Part shown: positions 24,721 to 38,795 of the stretch, one piece after another | How positions within the stretch are numbered: the stretch's first letter is position 1 | How the letters are laid out: each line of letters begins with the position of its first letter | DNA from: Gracilinanus agilis | Taxonomy: Eukaryota | Reading direction: 5' to 3' | Assembly: GCF_016433145.1 (NCBI RefSeq) | Contig: NC_058130.1 | Span: forward strand, 40,200,182-40,264,181 | DNA length: 64,000 nucleotides | Notes under the pieces: generated by a model | Told to the model about the DNA's origin: nothing | Seen by the model: the letters and a program-made list of their open reading frames with translations, nothing else | The model's database searches: none | Translations under genes and position numbers: made by a program

Positions 24721-25489
24721 ACTCTTGCCCCCTTTGCCCATCCTCATTCATATAGACTTTTGATTGTCGTTGTTTTGAGTTTAGGGTGGAGGTCTCTTTG
24801 GGAGAATCCCCTTCTATACTGCCATGACCTCTGTACTATTATCCTAGGCAGAGACTGAGTTCTGATTTCTTCCAGGTAATCTTATGTGTGATGCTCTGGA
24901 ATCCTGTGGAATTCTTGTTCCCAGATTTCTAGGAGTTTCATGGGCTACTGGTCTAGGTCATAGATCAAGTGAAAGATCACATCTGGACATTATATTCTAC
25001 TGGTCTAGCCTAAAGGTCCTGGCACTGAATCTGATCTGTGATCCCTATACTTTCCTGTTCCAGTTTATAACCTGGCTATTTGCCTCTATGTCAAACTCAA
25101 GGGAATGAAATTGAAATGAAAGAGGACATCTAGCAAGAAGGAAACAGTTCAGGAAAGTCAGGTAGTGAAGCACTGAGGGATGAATGACTCGTAAAAAGTG
25201 GCAGTATTACATTTTTAATATTTTGTTAAAAATTTTGTGTGAAAGAGATGAGAGGAAATGAGATGGGAAATTGATGGGATGGGGGAGAAGTGTCAAAGAA
25301 CAAGATTGTTTTTCCTTAATGAGAATATTTATGCATATGAAGAACTCCTGATAATGGGAGCCTCAAGATTCACAAGAAAACAAGTTCTTGAAGGAGAAGA
25401 TGTTATAGGTTAGCACCAAGAGCATTGATTAGTGGATTAAAGTAGATGAAGAGCAGCATCATACTTGTCTCCAATGCAAGAGGTGGACA

Positions 25490-25621
25490 ATATGTGTGTA
25501 TATGTATACACATATGTATTGTGTACATGTGTGCATATATACATGCAAATATATGCTGTATGTATGTGTATATGTGTGTATGTTGTGCAAGTATCTATAT
25601 ATATGCACTTGAGTACACAGA

Positions 25622-25667
<46 letters not shown>
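25490..25667. repeat. (TA/TG/CA) low-complexity tract ending in a perfect (TA)n (25627-25667)
   Basis: Directly visible. It produces three overlapping spurious ORFs. Confidence 0.9.
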
Positions 25668-25669
<2 letters not shown>

Positions 25670-26149
25670 CAATTGTAAGCAGAATCCATAAGCATGCAAA
25701 TAATGCATCACCTGGAGTAATCACATGCATTCAAATTCACACCATTCAAAATAATAATTATCTAAAATATGCTCACTTATTTCTGTCCAATGTAAATACG
25801 AAGTGTAAATTTTAATGATTTAGTCATTTCACAATTAGATTTATTAATCTCCATGATAGGGCCTTGTTATTAGATAGTACTTCTATAGAGAGACATGAGC
25901 TATCATATATAATCATATCTATTTTAGCAGTATAAGTATTTGTGCGTATATCTGTAATATACATGTGTATAATTAATAGGTCATGGGTTATGGAGTCGTA
26001 CTTTTCTTGGTTTCTGCTCCCTCCCCGGAAACAAGCCTTCTTCTCTCCTATTGCCATAAAACAATAATGCTGTTCCCCATGTAGCAGCAACTTCAAATAC
26101 AGGTACAATAGCATGGAAGAGGTATGAAAAGGCACATAAGCATAAATCC

Positions 26150-26340
26150 ATGTTCATGATATACTGAAAAGAGCACTGGATTCAGAGCCACAGGACTTGG
26201 GTCTGATTCCCAGCTCTTACTGACTATTTGCATGGCTTTGGGCAAGTTGCCTCACCTCTATGTGTCTCAATTTATTTATCTGTATCAAGGAATTGGATTG
26301 AATGACTCCTGTGATTCCTTCCAGCTCTATAGTTTTGATC
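26150..26340 (+). mobile_element. MIR
   Basis: 'gaaaagagcactggattcagagccacaggacttggg...ttgggcaagttgcctcacctc'. Confidence 0.75.
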
Positions 26341-27239
26341 TTCAAAGGGAGCCATTTAAGAGTGCAGACCCAGAGACCAAAGTCTTGTTCTTAGCCTGAT
26401 GGTGAAATAGCCTATGCTGTTCTTGAATAAATGCATAACTTCACTCTCCAGTCACATTTCTCATTTTAATGCTGGTGGGCATCATTGGCTCTCAGAAGCC
26501 ACAATATAGAGCTGCTGTTGATTATTACATTAAAATACTTACCAATTCCACTTGGATACATTAAACTACTTTAGCTTAATTAAAAATGTGCAGCATTTAA
26601 TATAGAATTCAAATTATTACAGATAAAGGAAGGGATAAGTGAATGCCACGAGAATTTAATGAGGGTCAATCTTTTTGCCTTTTAATGTTAAACACGTCTC
26701 CTCCTTTCCCCAAAAAAACTTAGACTCAAAAATGTTCACAGTAATTGTACAAATTTAGTTCACACTTCCAGGACATTTGTACAGAAAAGAGTTTCATAAA
26801 TTATGTAGGCAACTCCTTCATTGTCGTGATTATGCTTTTTCTTCATAGTCTTGAAAAAAAAAAGCCAAAAGCAAGAGATGGAAATGTTTAACTTTTGGCG
26901 TTTTTTCTCTTTGCACATCAAGTCAGTTGCATGCTAATATCTGACTTCTTTGAGGTCCCATCAGAAATCAGCAATCAAAGTGATGAAGAAGAGAAACCTT
27001 CTACTTATTCATGAATCGGAATGATAGTGGTCTTTCCCATTTTTCTTTCAGGCAAGTGCTACATTCTTTTTTTTTTTATAGAAAAGGATATTCAATGGAT
27101 CTTTGAGTTTAGGGGCTGTTTTTTAAAAATCTGGTTAGCATATTATTTGATAAATATAGGAACTTGATAGATTATGGATTGAGTAGTTGATGGGTGTGTA
27201 TCTCAAAGTAATTGGAACATAGGAATAGAGACTTAAGCT

Positions 27240-27440
27240 GTGAAATCATTGTCAAAGAGATTTCCTTAGTGAGGAACTCCCTCTTTCAATGAAAGCATCT
27301 TAGTCTTGAAGAACTGTCTCTCAATACCAGGGTTTAGAGACTAGACCAGGGTCACAAGTCAACATATATCAAAGGGAAGACTTCAACCTGTCTCCCTGAT
27401 GCCAAAGACAAATCTCTATTTACTATGTCAACCTGCCATT
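27240..27440 (-). mobile_element. THER2/MIR3_Mars-type SINE
   Basis: 'agtgaggaactccctctttcaatg...ccagggtcacaagtc'. Confidence 0.65.
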
Positions 27441-28029
27441 GTAGATGTTTAGTCAATTCTTTTTGATGGATTAATTTGTTTTTTTTTTTTCTGGGGCATA
27501 TAGTAGGTGCTTTAAATTCATTAAATTGGTATAATAAAAAGAAATCATTAATAGTTTATTTTAAATTCAAAAAAATATGCCTTTGTATTATATCTTTAGT
27601 AATTCTGCCATTAGTCATAAATATTTGAGGAATTTTAAAAAGGCCACAAAAATGAATATCCTTAAAGAAAATCCTCAGTCTAAAAGTAGAACTTCTTTAT
27701 ATCTACGTAGTATAGACATAAGATCTGAGAATCACGAGATCCATGTTTCAATTCCAATTCTGCCATTGACTATTGAGTGATATTAGGTAAATCACAATAT
27801 ATCACAATATCTCTAAGACCTTGCTTACTCCAAAAGGAAAATGAAGAATTTGAATCAGATCATCTTCAACGATCTTTACAGAACTATGACTACTCAGGAA
27901 TGGTGAACAATTCATAATCATTAGCTGTGGAAGAATCTATACTTACTTTTAAATAGTAAGGTTGAAGCATTGCCTCCCCCCATTTGCTTTCTACTATAAA
28001 GTTCCTCCTTTTGTACTTCTTTTTGAGAT

Positions 28030-29720
28030 AATTTTCCCTATTCTTCTCCTCCTTCTTTCTTAACACTCAATTTAATTTTTTTGAACTCATACCATCTTAA
28101 TCAACTCATACTCATGAAAGCCGATGTATCTTGTGTGATCCTGATTATGGCTTCATGATATTTGAATGGTTTCCTTCTGCATGGTTGTGCTATTTTCTCC
28201 TCAACCTTGGAGCTCTAGAATTTGAATATAATATTGTTAGGAATTTTCACTTTAGGATATCTTTCAGGAGATTATCTGTGGATTATTATAATTTCTATTC
28301 TCCTCTGTTTCTGGTAAATCAGTGATGTTTTCCTTAATAATTTCTTGAAATATGATGATTAGACTCTTTTGGTTTTTAATCATGGTTTTCAGATAGAACA
28401 ATAATTCTTAAATTATGTCTTCTCAAATTTTTCCCAGGTCAGTTGTTTTTCCAATCAGGTAATTCAAATTTTCTTTCTTTTCTTTAAAACTCTTTTAATT
28501 TTGTTTTGTTTTGTTTTTATGTCAGGTGGCATCATTAGCTTCTAATTACTTAATTCTAATTTTTAAGGAATTATTTCCTTTGGTATGCTTTGTCTACCTC
28601 CTTTTCCATTTGGTGAATTGTGGTCTGTGAAAAGTTGTCTTCAGTTAATTCTTGTGCTTCTTTTAGCATTTGGCCATTCAATTTTTTAGTGTTAGTTTCT
28701 TTTGTATTTCTTTTGTGCCTTTTTCACCAAGCTGTTCACTCTGTTTTTATAAAGTTCTTGTTTCCCTCATTCCTTTTTCTAATTTTCCTCTACTTCTCTT
28801 ATTTGATTTTTTAATATAATTTTTGAGTTTTGTCAAGAATTTGTGTTTATTTTGTTCATTTATTTTTTGCTTATAACTTTTTTGATATTGTTATTTTCTA
28901 AGTTTGTATTATGATCTTCCTTGTCTCCATCATAGCTTTTTTTAGCATTTAATAATATTTATCTTTCAGAAAAGTTAACATGGTTACATGACTCATGCTC
29001 TTACTTTCCCCTTCACTTCCTCCCATCTCCCCCCATAGCCAATGCACATTTCCACTGGTTTTAACATGTGTCATTGATCAAGACCTATTTCCAAATTGTT
29101 GATAGTTGCATTGGTGTGGTTGTTTTGAGTCTACATCCCCAATCATGTCCGCCTCAACCCATGTGTTCAAGCAATTGTTTTTCTTCTGAGGTCAAGTTCT
29201 TTTTTTGTTGTTTGTTCATTTTTCCAGCCTACTTTTTGACTGAACTTTATAGTAAAGATGGACATTGCTCCCAGTGCAGGGTTGGGAAGCTGTCCTCAGC
29301 TTCAGGTTTTTCATGTTACTGTTTTCAGAACTAGTTCTTGGGTTTTCTAAGTTTTCAGTACTTCCAAGGTGGTCTAATTTAAGAAGAAATAATGTCACTG
29401 CTTTCCTGGGCTGTGCTCTGGTCTCTAACCAGAAAAGAACCTTGTTCCCCTATATTTTAAAGTACTAGTTTTTCTCTTGGCCCTGGAATTATGACCAGGG
29501 CCATTGCTCTCCTACATCTACAAGTATTATTATTTTTCTCTTCTCTAGAACTGAAACCAGAGTCTCTACTCCCTTGTGAGCAACCATAAGTACTATTTTC
29601 TTTCTGGAATTGTGATCCCTATTTCCCTCTAGCTACAAGTGCTATTACTCCTTTTGATCCTGCAACTGGGACTTGGTCCCCTTATAGGTTGGATGATTTG
29701 AAGCTAATTTCATCAAAGAA
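28030..29720 (-). mobile_element. Old L1 5' part (ORF1 plus 5' UTR), degraded
   Basis: The minus strand carries ORF1 motifs (IIKENxxD...PPERxPK...IIxKFQSSxVxEKI...YHEAIIRITQD) with stops and frameshifts. Confidence 0.8.
28937..29188 (-). mobile_element. Younger 5'-truncated L1 3' UTR inserted into the older L1
   Basis: Poly-T then 'catggttacatgactcatgctcttactttcccc...gatcaagacctatttcc...caacccatgtgttcaagc'. The host L1 resumes at 'aggtcaagttc'. Confidence 0.8.
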
Positions 29721-30369
29721 AGCTGGTTGCTCTTTTGGTACCTTCTTATTTAAGGAATCAGTTTCCTTTTGGCTAATTTTGTTTTGCTCTTTTCAGTCTA
29801 AAGAAAATTATTTGGCATAGAATATTGAAGCAAAATAGGAGTTAAACAAGTCTGCCTTCTTTCTTGTTAATTTTCATCACCACCATCCCAGCAGCATTCC
29901 AACTCAGGTTTTGTTCTTACTCTGTATCTCCCCCTCTGAACCTCAATTGCACTGTAAATTACAGTAAATCCAAGTAGGTGATCAATGACTTATAAGGACT
30001 TTATTTGAAATTTCTCCAGAATGGAATTCATCTTTCATTGCTGTCCTTCAACTAAGAATTTCAGTGACTGTGGCAGTACTGGTCAAGAGCAGTTATTTCA
30101 GGAAGAGGATCATTCAGATTTCCTGATATCATATTACATCACATTCCTTCCCAATATACCCATTTGTCAAGAAACCTTTGAATATTATTTTATGACATTC
30201 TGTTCAATGCAAAACAAAACAAAAAGTTAATTCCCTTGGGTCACTCATTACATATACCACCATTTCCCATTAAAGCTACACTTCTAATGAATTTTATAGT
30301 TTTGAGTACATGCAGATAATAAAAAGTTTATGCCATTTGATAGTACATGTTTGTTGGGGGGGCAGAATT

Positions 30370-30570
30370 ATGATTTCATTAGTGTAAGGAATTCTCAGAG
30401 AGGAATTTCCTTTTACCAATATAGATGGGGCCCTCTTCTATTAATTCAGTCTTGGAGAGCTGCTAAAGTATAGAGTAGCAGTTACTTTCCCAGGGTCACA
30501 TCAGTTTGTATCAGAGAAGGAACTTGAAACCATTACTTCTAGAATCCAAGTCCAGTTCTCCAAATCATTA
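30370..30570 (-). mobile_element. THER2/MIR3_Mars-type SINE
   Basis: 'tgatttcattagtgtaaggaattctc...cccagggtcaca...aatccaagtccag'. Confidence 0.7.
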
Positions 30571-30842
30571 CACTAGTCTTTCTTTGCTTTTACTTTAATG
30601 AAAGAACTATAAATATTAATGAATTCAACTTGATAAGCATTTATGGAATTTCTATATATAGCATCACATAATGTTTTGGGTGTTACGAAATACCATTTTC
30701 CCAGAAATTCCAGATCATTAAAGGAGTCAGAAGAGTTGGTTTTAGCATGTGTCCATAAGACACTGAAAGAGTAATATGGGTATAAGCAGTTATGTTATAT
30801 TATAGAATTTTATATTATAATGAAAGGACTGAAGTGTAAGAT

Positions 30843-31115
30843 GGGCAGCGAGGTGGTGCAATGGATAGAATGTTGAACCTGGAGTACTGAAGACTAATTC
30901 ATATGTCCAAATCTGACCTCAGATATTACTAGCTGTGATACCTGGTCAAGTCATTTAACCATGTTTGCTTTCGTTCCTCATCTATAAAATGACCTGGAAA
31001 AGGAAATGGTTAACTATTTTAATATCTTTGCCAAGAAAACCCCAAATGAGGTTATAGCTGAATATAGATACGATACAGAAAATAGATACAACTGAAATGC
31101 ATGAACAACAATAAT
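30843..31115 (+). mobile_element. Mar1-type SINE
   Basis: tRNA-like head 'gggcagcgaggtggtgcaatggatag', core, and RTE-like tail 'tttgccaagaaaaccccaaatg...caactgaaatgcatgaacaac'. Confidence 0.85.
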
Positions 31116-33620
31116 ACATGAAACATTCCTCAAGATAAACTATGTAGAAGATGTCATAAAAGAGACCTATAACCAGAAAAGAAGATGAATCAATCAATCA
31201 AAAGATTATAAATTTAGAGTTAGAAGGAAACTTAAAGGTTATTAAGTTTAAAATCCTTACTTTACAAATGAAGAAACTGAAGCCCTAAGAATTAAATTGC
31301 CCTGAGTCAAACAGCCAGGGTCTCAGAATAATTTAGTTATCTACTAGAATATGAGCTACCTGAGGGCAAAGACCATGTTCTTGCCTTTCTTCATATTTCT
31401 AGTTCTTGGCATAATGCCTCACATATAGTAGTTGATTAATAAATGCTTGCTTACTGGGGAATTATTTTAACCCAGAACTCCTGAGTCCAAGCCTGGACCA
31501 TCCTGCCTATCACATAGAAAATAAATGGTAATCAATGACTTCTTCATGGGCTGCACTGGTATCTGTATATTGTCACAGACAATTTGGTATATTTATATAC
31601 CAAAGTTGCCCAGGTATAAGCATAGGTAAGTTGTCATCTGAAAATGGCAAGGATTATTCCCATTGATTAGATTACAGGTCTACAGTAGTATTTGCATTCA
31701 CACTGTACAAGATATGTTGTAGGAGGTACAAAGGAGAGACATAATCCCTGACCACTGGGAAACTATGAGAAAGGACTTCACTGATTCTATTAACAAGCAT
31801 AATGGCTTGAAAATACCTAAAGGGCATTTGTTTTTTGTATAAGATACACTGGCACTTTATAAAGCACATCAGTTAGTTATCATTAAGTGGGAAAAATGGC
31901 AAGATCTTGTTTGTATCGTGTTGAAAAACCTTAGTGAAAGGAGAGAAAGAAGAGCTACAGCAGAATATCACACCATTTCAGCATTTTGTACAATCATTAA
32001 CCTTTTTCATAATAGGCAGCATTTGAAAACGACAAAGCAAGAAAAGCAGTACCAGTTTGGCATGCAACCTTCCCAACAACACTTAAAATGTTTGCTAAAA
32101 AATGTCAAAGTGCACTGCAGAAATCATTTATTGGCAGATTACACTTCTCGGATGCTAGTGCCACAAGGATGTGAATCGGAAGTAATTGATCTTTCAATAC
32201 CTGAGCAAAGGTTAGGGACTTTCAATGATCCTTTATAAAAGGCATCAAGGAAAATTGCTAAAAAATGATCCTTTCCCTTTTATTAGGTAGCAAAATAAAA
32301 ACTAGCAGATATATTAAGTTATTAAGATATTACAAAATACTCTTAAAGGAGACTATTGATAATTAAGTATAATTTTATTCATGATAGGCAAATAAAAATC
32401 ATAAGTTAAACTGTCCAAAATAGAAGAAAAATTTCAGATGGTGTCAAATATTCATTAATACAGACAGCAAAATGACTATTCCTCGAAAGTAAATTGAGGT
32501 ACCTTATAGCTATTCAATGACCTCTGAATATGGATATGAGTGATATTTTATCTGAATAATCTGGCTTGTGAGGGTGTATTCTAATTCCACCTATTTTTTC
32601 CCCCTTGGCAGGGGAAGTAAAAGTCAATCAAAGTACTAAGCTCAGTTCTTTCTATATCTAAAGAGCTATAAATGTTATAAGCACCTTCAAAATTTCATTG
32701 CTGTGGTAGAAAGCCTAAATCAGCCTACCCTAGTTTCACCTCTGAAAAGAATCAGTCCTCTACCTTAAAAAAAAAAGCTAGATCTATGAGCTTTGGCTGT
32801 ATTATTTAGTGGTGCTACATAAGAAAACCAATCTTGTTATCAACAATAATCCTGGAAGCAGAACTTCAAGCCGATATTTTGCACTAGAGTCTAAAGCTAC
32901 ATAAATTCAAGCATTCATCTGATTTTTCTAAAACAGATTTATTCAAAGTCATATGTATTCAACAGTACCTCTGACATGGAGAACTCAACTTGATAATTAA
33001 ATTTTGCAGGTGTGCTGATTTGATCCTGATGAATATGAATTTATGGAAAAAAGTGTGAAACTAGAGCAAGCGTAGGAAGAATTTTTTCTTTTTATTTTGA
33101 AGAAATGGTGTCAAATCTTTCCATATGAAGAAAATCACAAGGGGCACTTGAGTAAATGTAAAAACTCTTTACTCTTCAGGAGTTTCTTTCAAGCCTCAAA
33201 TTGAGTTGGTTTATGGGTTTATCTTTTTATAGGGTCAAGGATGACTTTCAGGAGCCCTAGTAATTACACAGCTCTGTCATGTGTGTGTAAAACAAATTTT
33301 AAAACACAGTTAAGCAGTGTAATTCTTAGAATAAAATAATATTATTTCAAAGTATGTCTTTTGTGAACATATTTCTATAGTGAATATGAGTTTGACCAAA
33401 TTTTGTGGGGCTGGAAAGTATTAAGAAAACTGGTCAGGACCTTAAAGGATATTTAAGTGAAAGGAATTAGGCTGAAAATTAATCATGGATTTAGATCTAG
33501 GAATGAAAGGTACCTCAGAGACTATCTATTCACCCTTTCATAAAACATGCTAACTAACTGACTAACAAATACATAGTTATAATAATTACTAATAATTATT
33601 ACTGTTATAATAAAAATTTA

Positions 33621-33870
33621 GTAGGTAGGAGCCACAGTGAATAAAACACTGAACTTGGAGCCGGGAAGGCCTGAGTTCAAATTTGACCTCAGACACGAGC
33701 TAGTTGTGTGACCATGGGCAAGTCACCTAATCACTGTTTGCCCCAGTTTTCTTACCTATAAAATGAGCAGAAGAAAGAAATGGCAAATTACTCACTATAT
33801 TTGCCAAAAAAAAAATCCCAAACTGGGTCACAGAGAGTCGGACATGACTTAAAAATATCTCAACAATAAC
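33621..33870 (+). mobile_element. Mar1-type SINE
   Basis: Core plus tail 'gggtcacagagagtcggacatgact'. Confidence 0.85.
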
Positions 33871-34029
33871 GACCTTGTTTATTTGCAAGAAGAATTTAAC
33901 AGCAATTCCTATGCCCACTCAGGAATTTTTTTCTTTTAAAAATAGTTGAGAAAATAGTATCTTCTATTTGGGGAATATTACACAATGTATCTAAATAATC
34001 TACTCATTATACGGAGGAGGAAAGGCTTA

Positions 34030-34770
34030 GACTTTGACTTTCATTGGTAGAAGGAACTTCTGTGTGGAAAAACTCCCTTAACCAACACTTCTTTGCAATT
34101 TATATTCCTATTTCCATCTATAGCATTGAGAGGTAAGTATGTCACTCAAGGTGACATAAACAGTATATGTCACAGGTAGGATTTGAACCCAAGGCTTCCT
34201 AACATCAAGGATGGCTCTTTATCACTCATGTTGATGTTATGCTGCCTCTCTGTACCAGAGAAAGCACAAATAAGTTATGCCATTCTAGCATTAATTGTAC
34301 CAAATCACCGAGAAATATCAGTCTGATTGTGGCTTATGTGGAGACTTACCTACACTGTCTTCTTTTCTCAATGTCTTAAAGAAAGATGAATCTCACTCAT
34401 AGTTGTTGTTTATTTTTTTAAGACATGAGAAAAAAAATAATAAACTCAATTCTGACTAATTATTGGGAATGAATATCAAGCCTGTTTAATTTAATTTTTT
34501 TAATTTCTTAAATTTTAAATTAAATTTATTTTTATTAAATTTTATTAAAATTGATTTTTAATTTAATTTTTGGAATGAGAGGCAGTGTGGAAAAAAGAAG
34601 AGAGATCTGCCCTCAGATTGAGAAAGAGCTGGTTTCAAATTCTACCATTTATTTTCTCTGGCTAATGACCCTGGAGCAACTCCTTCAAACTCATGAATTA
34701 CTAGTGATTCATGCGTTTCTAGAAGATTTCCCCTGGAAGAAATTCACATGAAGATGAAATTAGAGGTCTA
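34030..34770. mobile_element. Two THER2-type SINEs (about 34030-34250 on -, about 34580-34770 on +) flanking an AT-only tract (34485-34570)
   Basis: Recognisable core and tail motifs in opposite orientations. Confidence 0.6.
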
Positions 34771-35864
34771 GCATAAAATGAATAATGTTAGAGAATACTA
34801 TGTTGAAATAATTGATAGAGAAGTATTTTAAATGAAAAGAAATAGGATTTTAGAACAAGAATTCTAAAGGGTAGATCATATTTACCTTTCAGTAGCTAAT
34901 TAGAGTGCCTGGTACATAATCTTATTTGTGGTTAACAAATGCCTTTTGATTTGAATCTAACAATTTTAAATACATGCTTCCATATGCATGTAGGTGATCA
35001 TACACATAAAAATATGACATAAACACTTATTTATATAACTATATAAATAAACATGTTATATACACAGATGTATAGAGTTATATATCTATGTATAAATGTA
35101 TGGTTGCATATGTTTATGTATATTAATGCACACATACACATGTTCAACACAGAGCTGAATATTGGGACTATAAATTATTTATTTCTAAAATACAATAGTC
35201 TTAATTTTATATTTATGTGTGTATAAAATATATATCATACCCATATTAGTAGTGGGATTTTTAACTTCAGAAATTATCTTCTCACCAGTTTGAAATATTC
35301 CTTTTAGATAGGACCATTGGAAACTCCTTGTAAGGAAACTTCTTCCATCAATATATGCATGAACACAATTAGGATTGTATTACATCCCAGAAATAAGCGC
35401 TATATATTCCCAACTTGCACATATATCTGTAGGTATGTGAAATAGTATCTTACAGTCTCAAGTAGAGAATGCAATATTACCATAAAATAATACATTCGAT
35501 GTTTTTCCTGAGAAGTTGCTGTTTGCAAATTCATTTTATTCCTCAATATAACAATATTATATTGTTATGTATGTGGGATATAAAGCTGTCAGATTAATGT
35601 GTGTTCTCATGCAAAACTTCATTCTTTATTGTCTGATATTAATTCCTATCTGACATTCTCTGAAAGACATTTCCCATTTTGGTATTAGTGTGGTGAAGAG
35701 ACAAAGTTGTTATTTTAGAGCAAACACCCAATTGGCCTATTTTTTAAGGGTAAAATGATTAGGTTCAAGATTAGCTATTTTAAAACTACTACATAGGTGT
35801 ATGCACTTGTAATTTCTTTGATATAATCAATTACCAATTAAACAAAGAGAAGAAATAATCGTCC

Positions 35865-36160
35865 AACAATACTCTGCCACACTTAGACTACATCAGGAGT
35901 ATTGTATTCATTTTGGGGTACTGTTGTTTAGGAAGAAAAGTAATAAACTGGAGAGCTCCCAGAGGACACTGATCCAAATGGTGAAGGACATCATTATCTT
36001 GTCATATGAAAGCTAGTCAAAGGAAATAGGAATGCTTAATCTTATGGGAAGAAGATTTACAAGAATCTGATAACTTCAGGGATTTAAACATTGGAGAGGT
36101 GTTGAATTCACTGTCTTTAGATCCACAGGGCAAAGAAATGATCAAATAGGAAAGTTCAGT
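35865..36160 (+). mobile_element. CR1/L3 LINE 3' RT fragment
   Basis: 'tactctgccacacttagactacatcaggagtattgtattcattttgggg...taaactggagagctcccagagg', matching the CR1 'LYSALVRPHLEYCVQFW...KLE..QR' region. Confidence 0.75.
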
Positions 36161-36299
36161 TCCACAAAAATGAAAAGCATTTTTTTGTGAACAAAATCAG
36201 TGCAACCCAGATGAGAAGGAAAGTGGACAAATGAGAGAAAATGTTTGTATCAAATATTTTAGATAAAGGGCTGATATTAAACTTTTATTAGCAATTAAT

Positions 36300-36870
36300 A
36301 AAAATCTATAATGGCAGTGTTAGAGGAGAGAGGGACATATAAAGAGGAAGTAGAATCAAGTACAAAAATAGAATCAACAAGAATCAAAAAAATTGGATAT
36401 TGGGGATGATAAAGAGTCAAAGATTATACAAACTTTGAGGGTAATGAGAAGATAGTGGTAAACTAACAGGAAAGAGAGGATGGTGTTACAGTAATAGGAA
36501 AATTAGGAAGTGGGTTTAGGAAGGAGATGGAGAAAATAAGTTCAGGTTTTACCATCTTTAGTTTATGATATTTATGGAACATCTAATTCAAGATGTCCAA
36601 CATGCAATTGGAGATTCAAGAGTGGAGGTCAGGAAAGATATTATGACTGGCAGAGTAGATCTGGTAATCATCAGTGTAAAGGTGATAACTGAATCCATGG
36701 GACCTGATGAGATCACCAAGTGAAATTTCATAGAGGTTGAAAAATAGAGAAGAGGGTGTAAGACAGTGAGATCTACATAACCTGGAGGAAAAAGAGAAGG
36801 AGAAGGAGTATTTAGACTAGGTCAGGAGAGAGTAGTTCCAGGGAGAGTATCAAAGAGAAGGTGGTATATG
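36300..36870 (-). mobile_element. L2 fragment
   Basis: 'gtagatctggtaatcatcagtgtaaaggtgataactgaatccatgggacctgatgagatcacc'. Confidence 0.75.
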
Positions 36871-38591
36871 TTATTATTCCAAATAATGATGAGCATTCCT
36901 CTTGTCTCATTTGAATAAGGTTCTAAATACCACTTAAGTATCTCCATTTTATATCTGCTGCTCTCCTGCCCCCACTGTAATGGGGAGCCTGGTAATTCAG
37001 GTTATAATTGATGAGCATTTCATCTTATCTTGATGGACTCCAGTCAACAATGCTACTTTCTAGATATAATTTTCCTCCACTTTCACCTCTCTTGAAACAG
37101 TATTTAAATTACCTATCATTTCCCAAAAGGAAAATCAATTGATGGTCTTTTGATTCCAATTCCAAACACCTTTGACTTCCCCCTTCTCCCACCTCTATCC
37201 CACCATCGTTTCTGTATATATGTGATGTTATTGCTGTAACTTGGGTTGTATGTGGACATAAAGAGGAAGAAGAAAAGTGCAGGCATATGTTCTGTCTTCT
37301 CTTGTATTTAAAATCTTTTAAAGCAGTCACTGCTTTGTGTTATTTTATTTGTATCTCCTGAGTGACTAGTAATAGTGATAAGTTCCTAATTAATTATTTT
37401 TTCTTTCATTTATTCAAATAATTCTATAGTTTCATTTCAGATACTAATTATAAAACAAGAAAGATGGTATATCTATACCTATTTTTAATTCAATGTCATA
37501 TTTTTTTCAAAAATTTTCTTTGAAAGTAATGATCTAGTCTTGAGGTTTTATTATTTAGGGCACTATTAACAGACACATACACTTGTATGTATTTCTCAGC
37601 ATTAATGGCACCTTTGTAAAAAGAACCTATGTGCTACAATGTGGGGGAATTATTAATAGGTACAAAAGGTAGAAATATGTGGAAGAAATGGAGGATAAAA
37701 TAAGCATTTGATTATTTACTATGTAAAAGATACTCTGCTAAGCACTTCACAAATATTATCTCATTTGAATAAATTTATTCTTTAGAGACCACAGTGCAAT
37801 AATAACATTAACTGAAATTGAGAATGTAAACAAAAGATATAGATTTAAATAGAGACTGGTAAATAATAACACCTTGAATAATGGGTGAGTAAAAGAACAA
37901 AGAATAGACATAATTAGCAACTATGTAAAAGAAAATGAATGAATAAAACAATTGAGTGCTTACTATATTCTAGGCACTGTACTAAGAATGATAACAATGA
38001 GTAATTTTATGAATTTTTTTGCATAAAGTAAAAGCTTTTCTAAGAAGAAAAATTATATCTTAGAAAACATGCATTAACATAATGGAAAAAGAATTGCTTA
38101 ACTAAGCATGAAATTAAAATTCAAGAAAATCAACAAATTAAACAAAATAAACACCAAAGAAGCTATCTTGAAAATTAGAGAACTAGATAAAATGGGGGTT
38201 TCTTGAAAAAAACTAAAATAATCATCAAATCCTTGCAAACTTGTTCAAAATATTAAGAGGGAAGAAAGCCAAATTAAAAATAAATTGCAAAATAATTAGA
38301 AAATAAAAATATATAAGGTGAATTTACGCGAAAGGAAAATGATTAGAAATCAATAACCACAATTATGTAGCATTAGAATATTAGTTCTTTTAGAGAAGAA
38401 ATTATTTTGTCTTCCTTTTCAAACTCTACTGTTTAGCTCAGTTCCCGAGATGTATTAAACACTTAATGAATACTTGTTAAGTGGCTAACTGCCAGCCAAC
38501 CTAGAAACATGATTATATATGATTATACACAAAATTATATGATATAAAAATTAACAATAGAAGAAACAGAGATACTTAACAGCTTCTTTTC

Positions 38592-38795
38592 TTTTTTTTT
38601 TTTTGAAACTCTTACCTTCCTTCTTAGACTGAATACTATTGGTTGCAAGACTGAAGAATGGCAACTACTAAGCAATTGGGGTTAATTGACTTACCCAGTG
38701 TTTCATTGACAAGAAATTATCTGAGGTCAAATTTGAACCCAGGACCTCCTGTCTCTACTTTCTTGTTTTCAATACACTAAGTCACCCAACTTTGC
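38592..38795 (-). mobile_element. Older SINE1_Mdo-related SINE
   Basis: Poly-T tail. 14-bp TSD aacagcttcttttc (38578-91) and aacagcttattttc (38796-809). Confidence 0.85.

Noticed and set aside
31583-31604. 10-bp perfect inverted repeat tttggtatat-tt-atataccaaa
   Set aside because: About one such AT-rich stem is expected by chance in 64 kb, and nothing else supports it.
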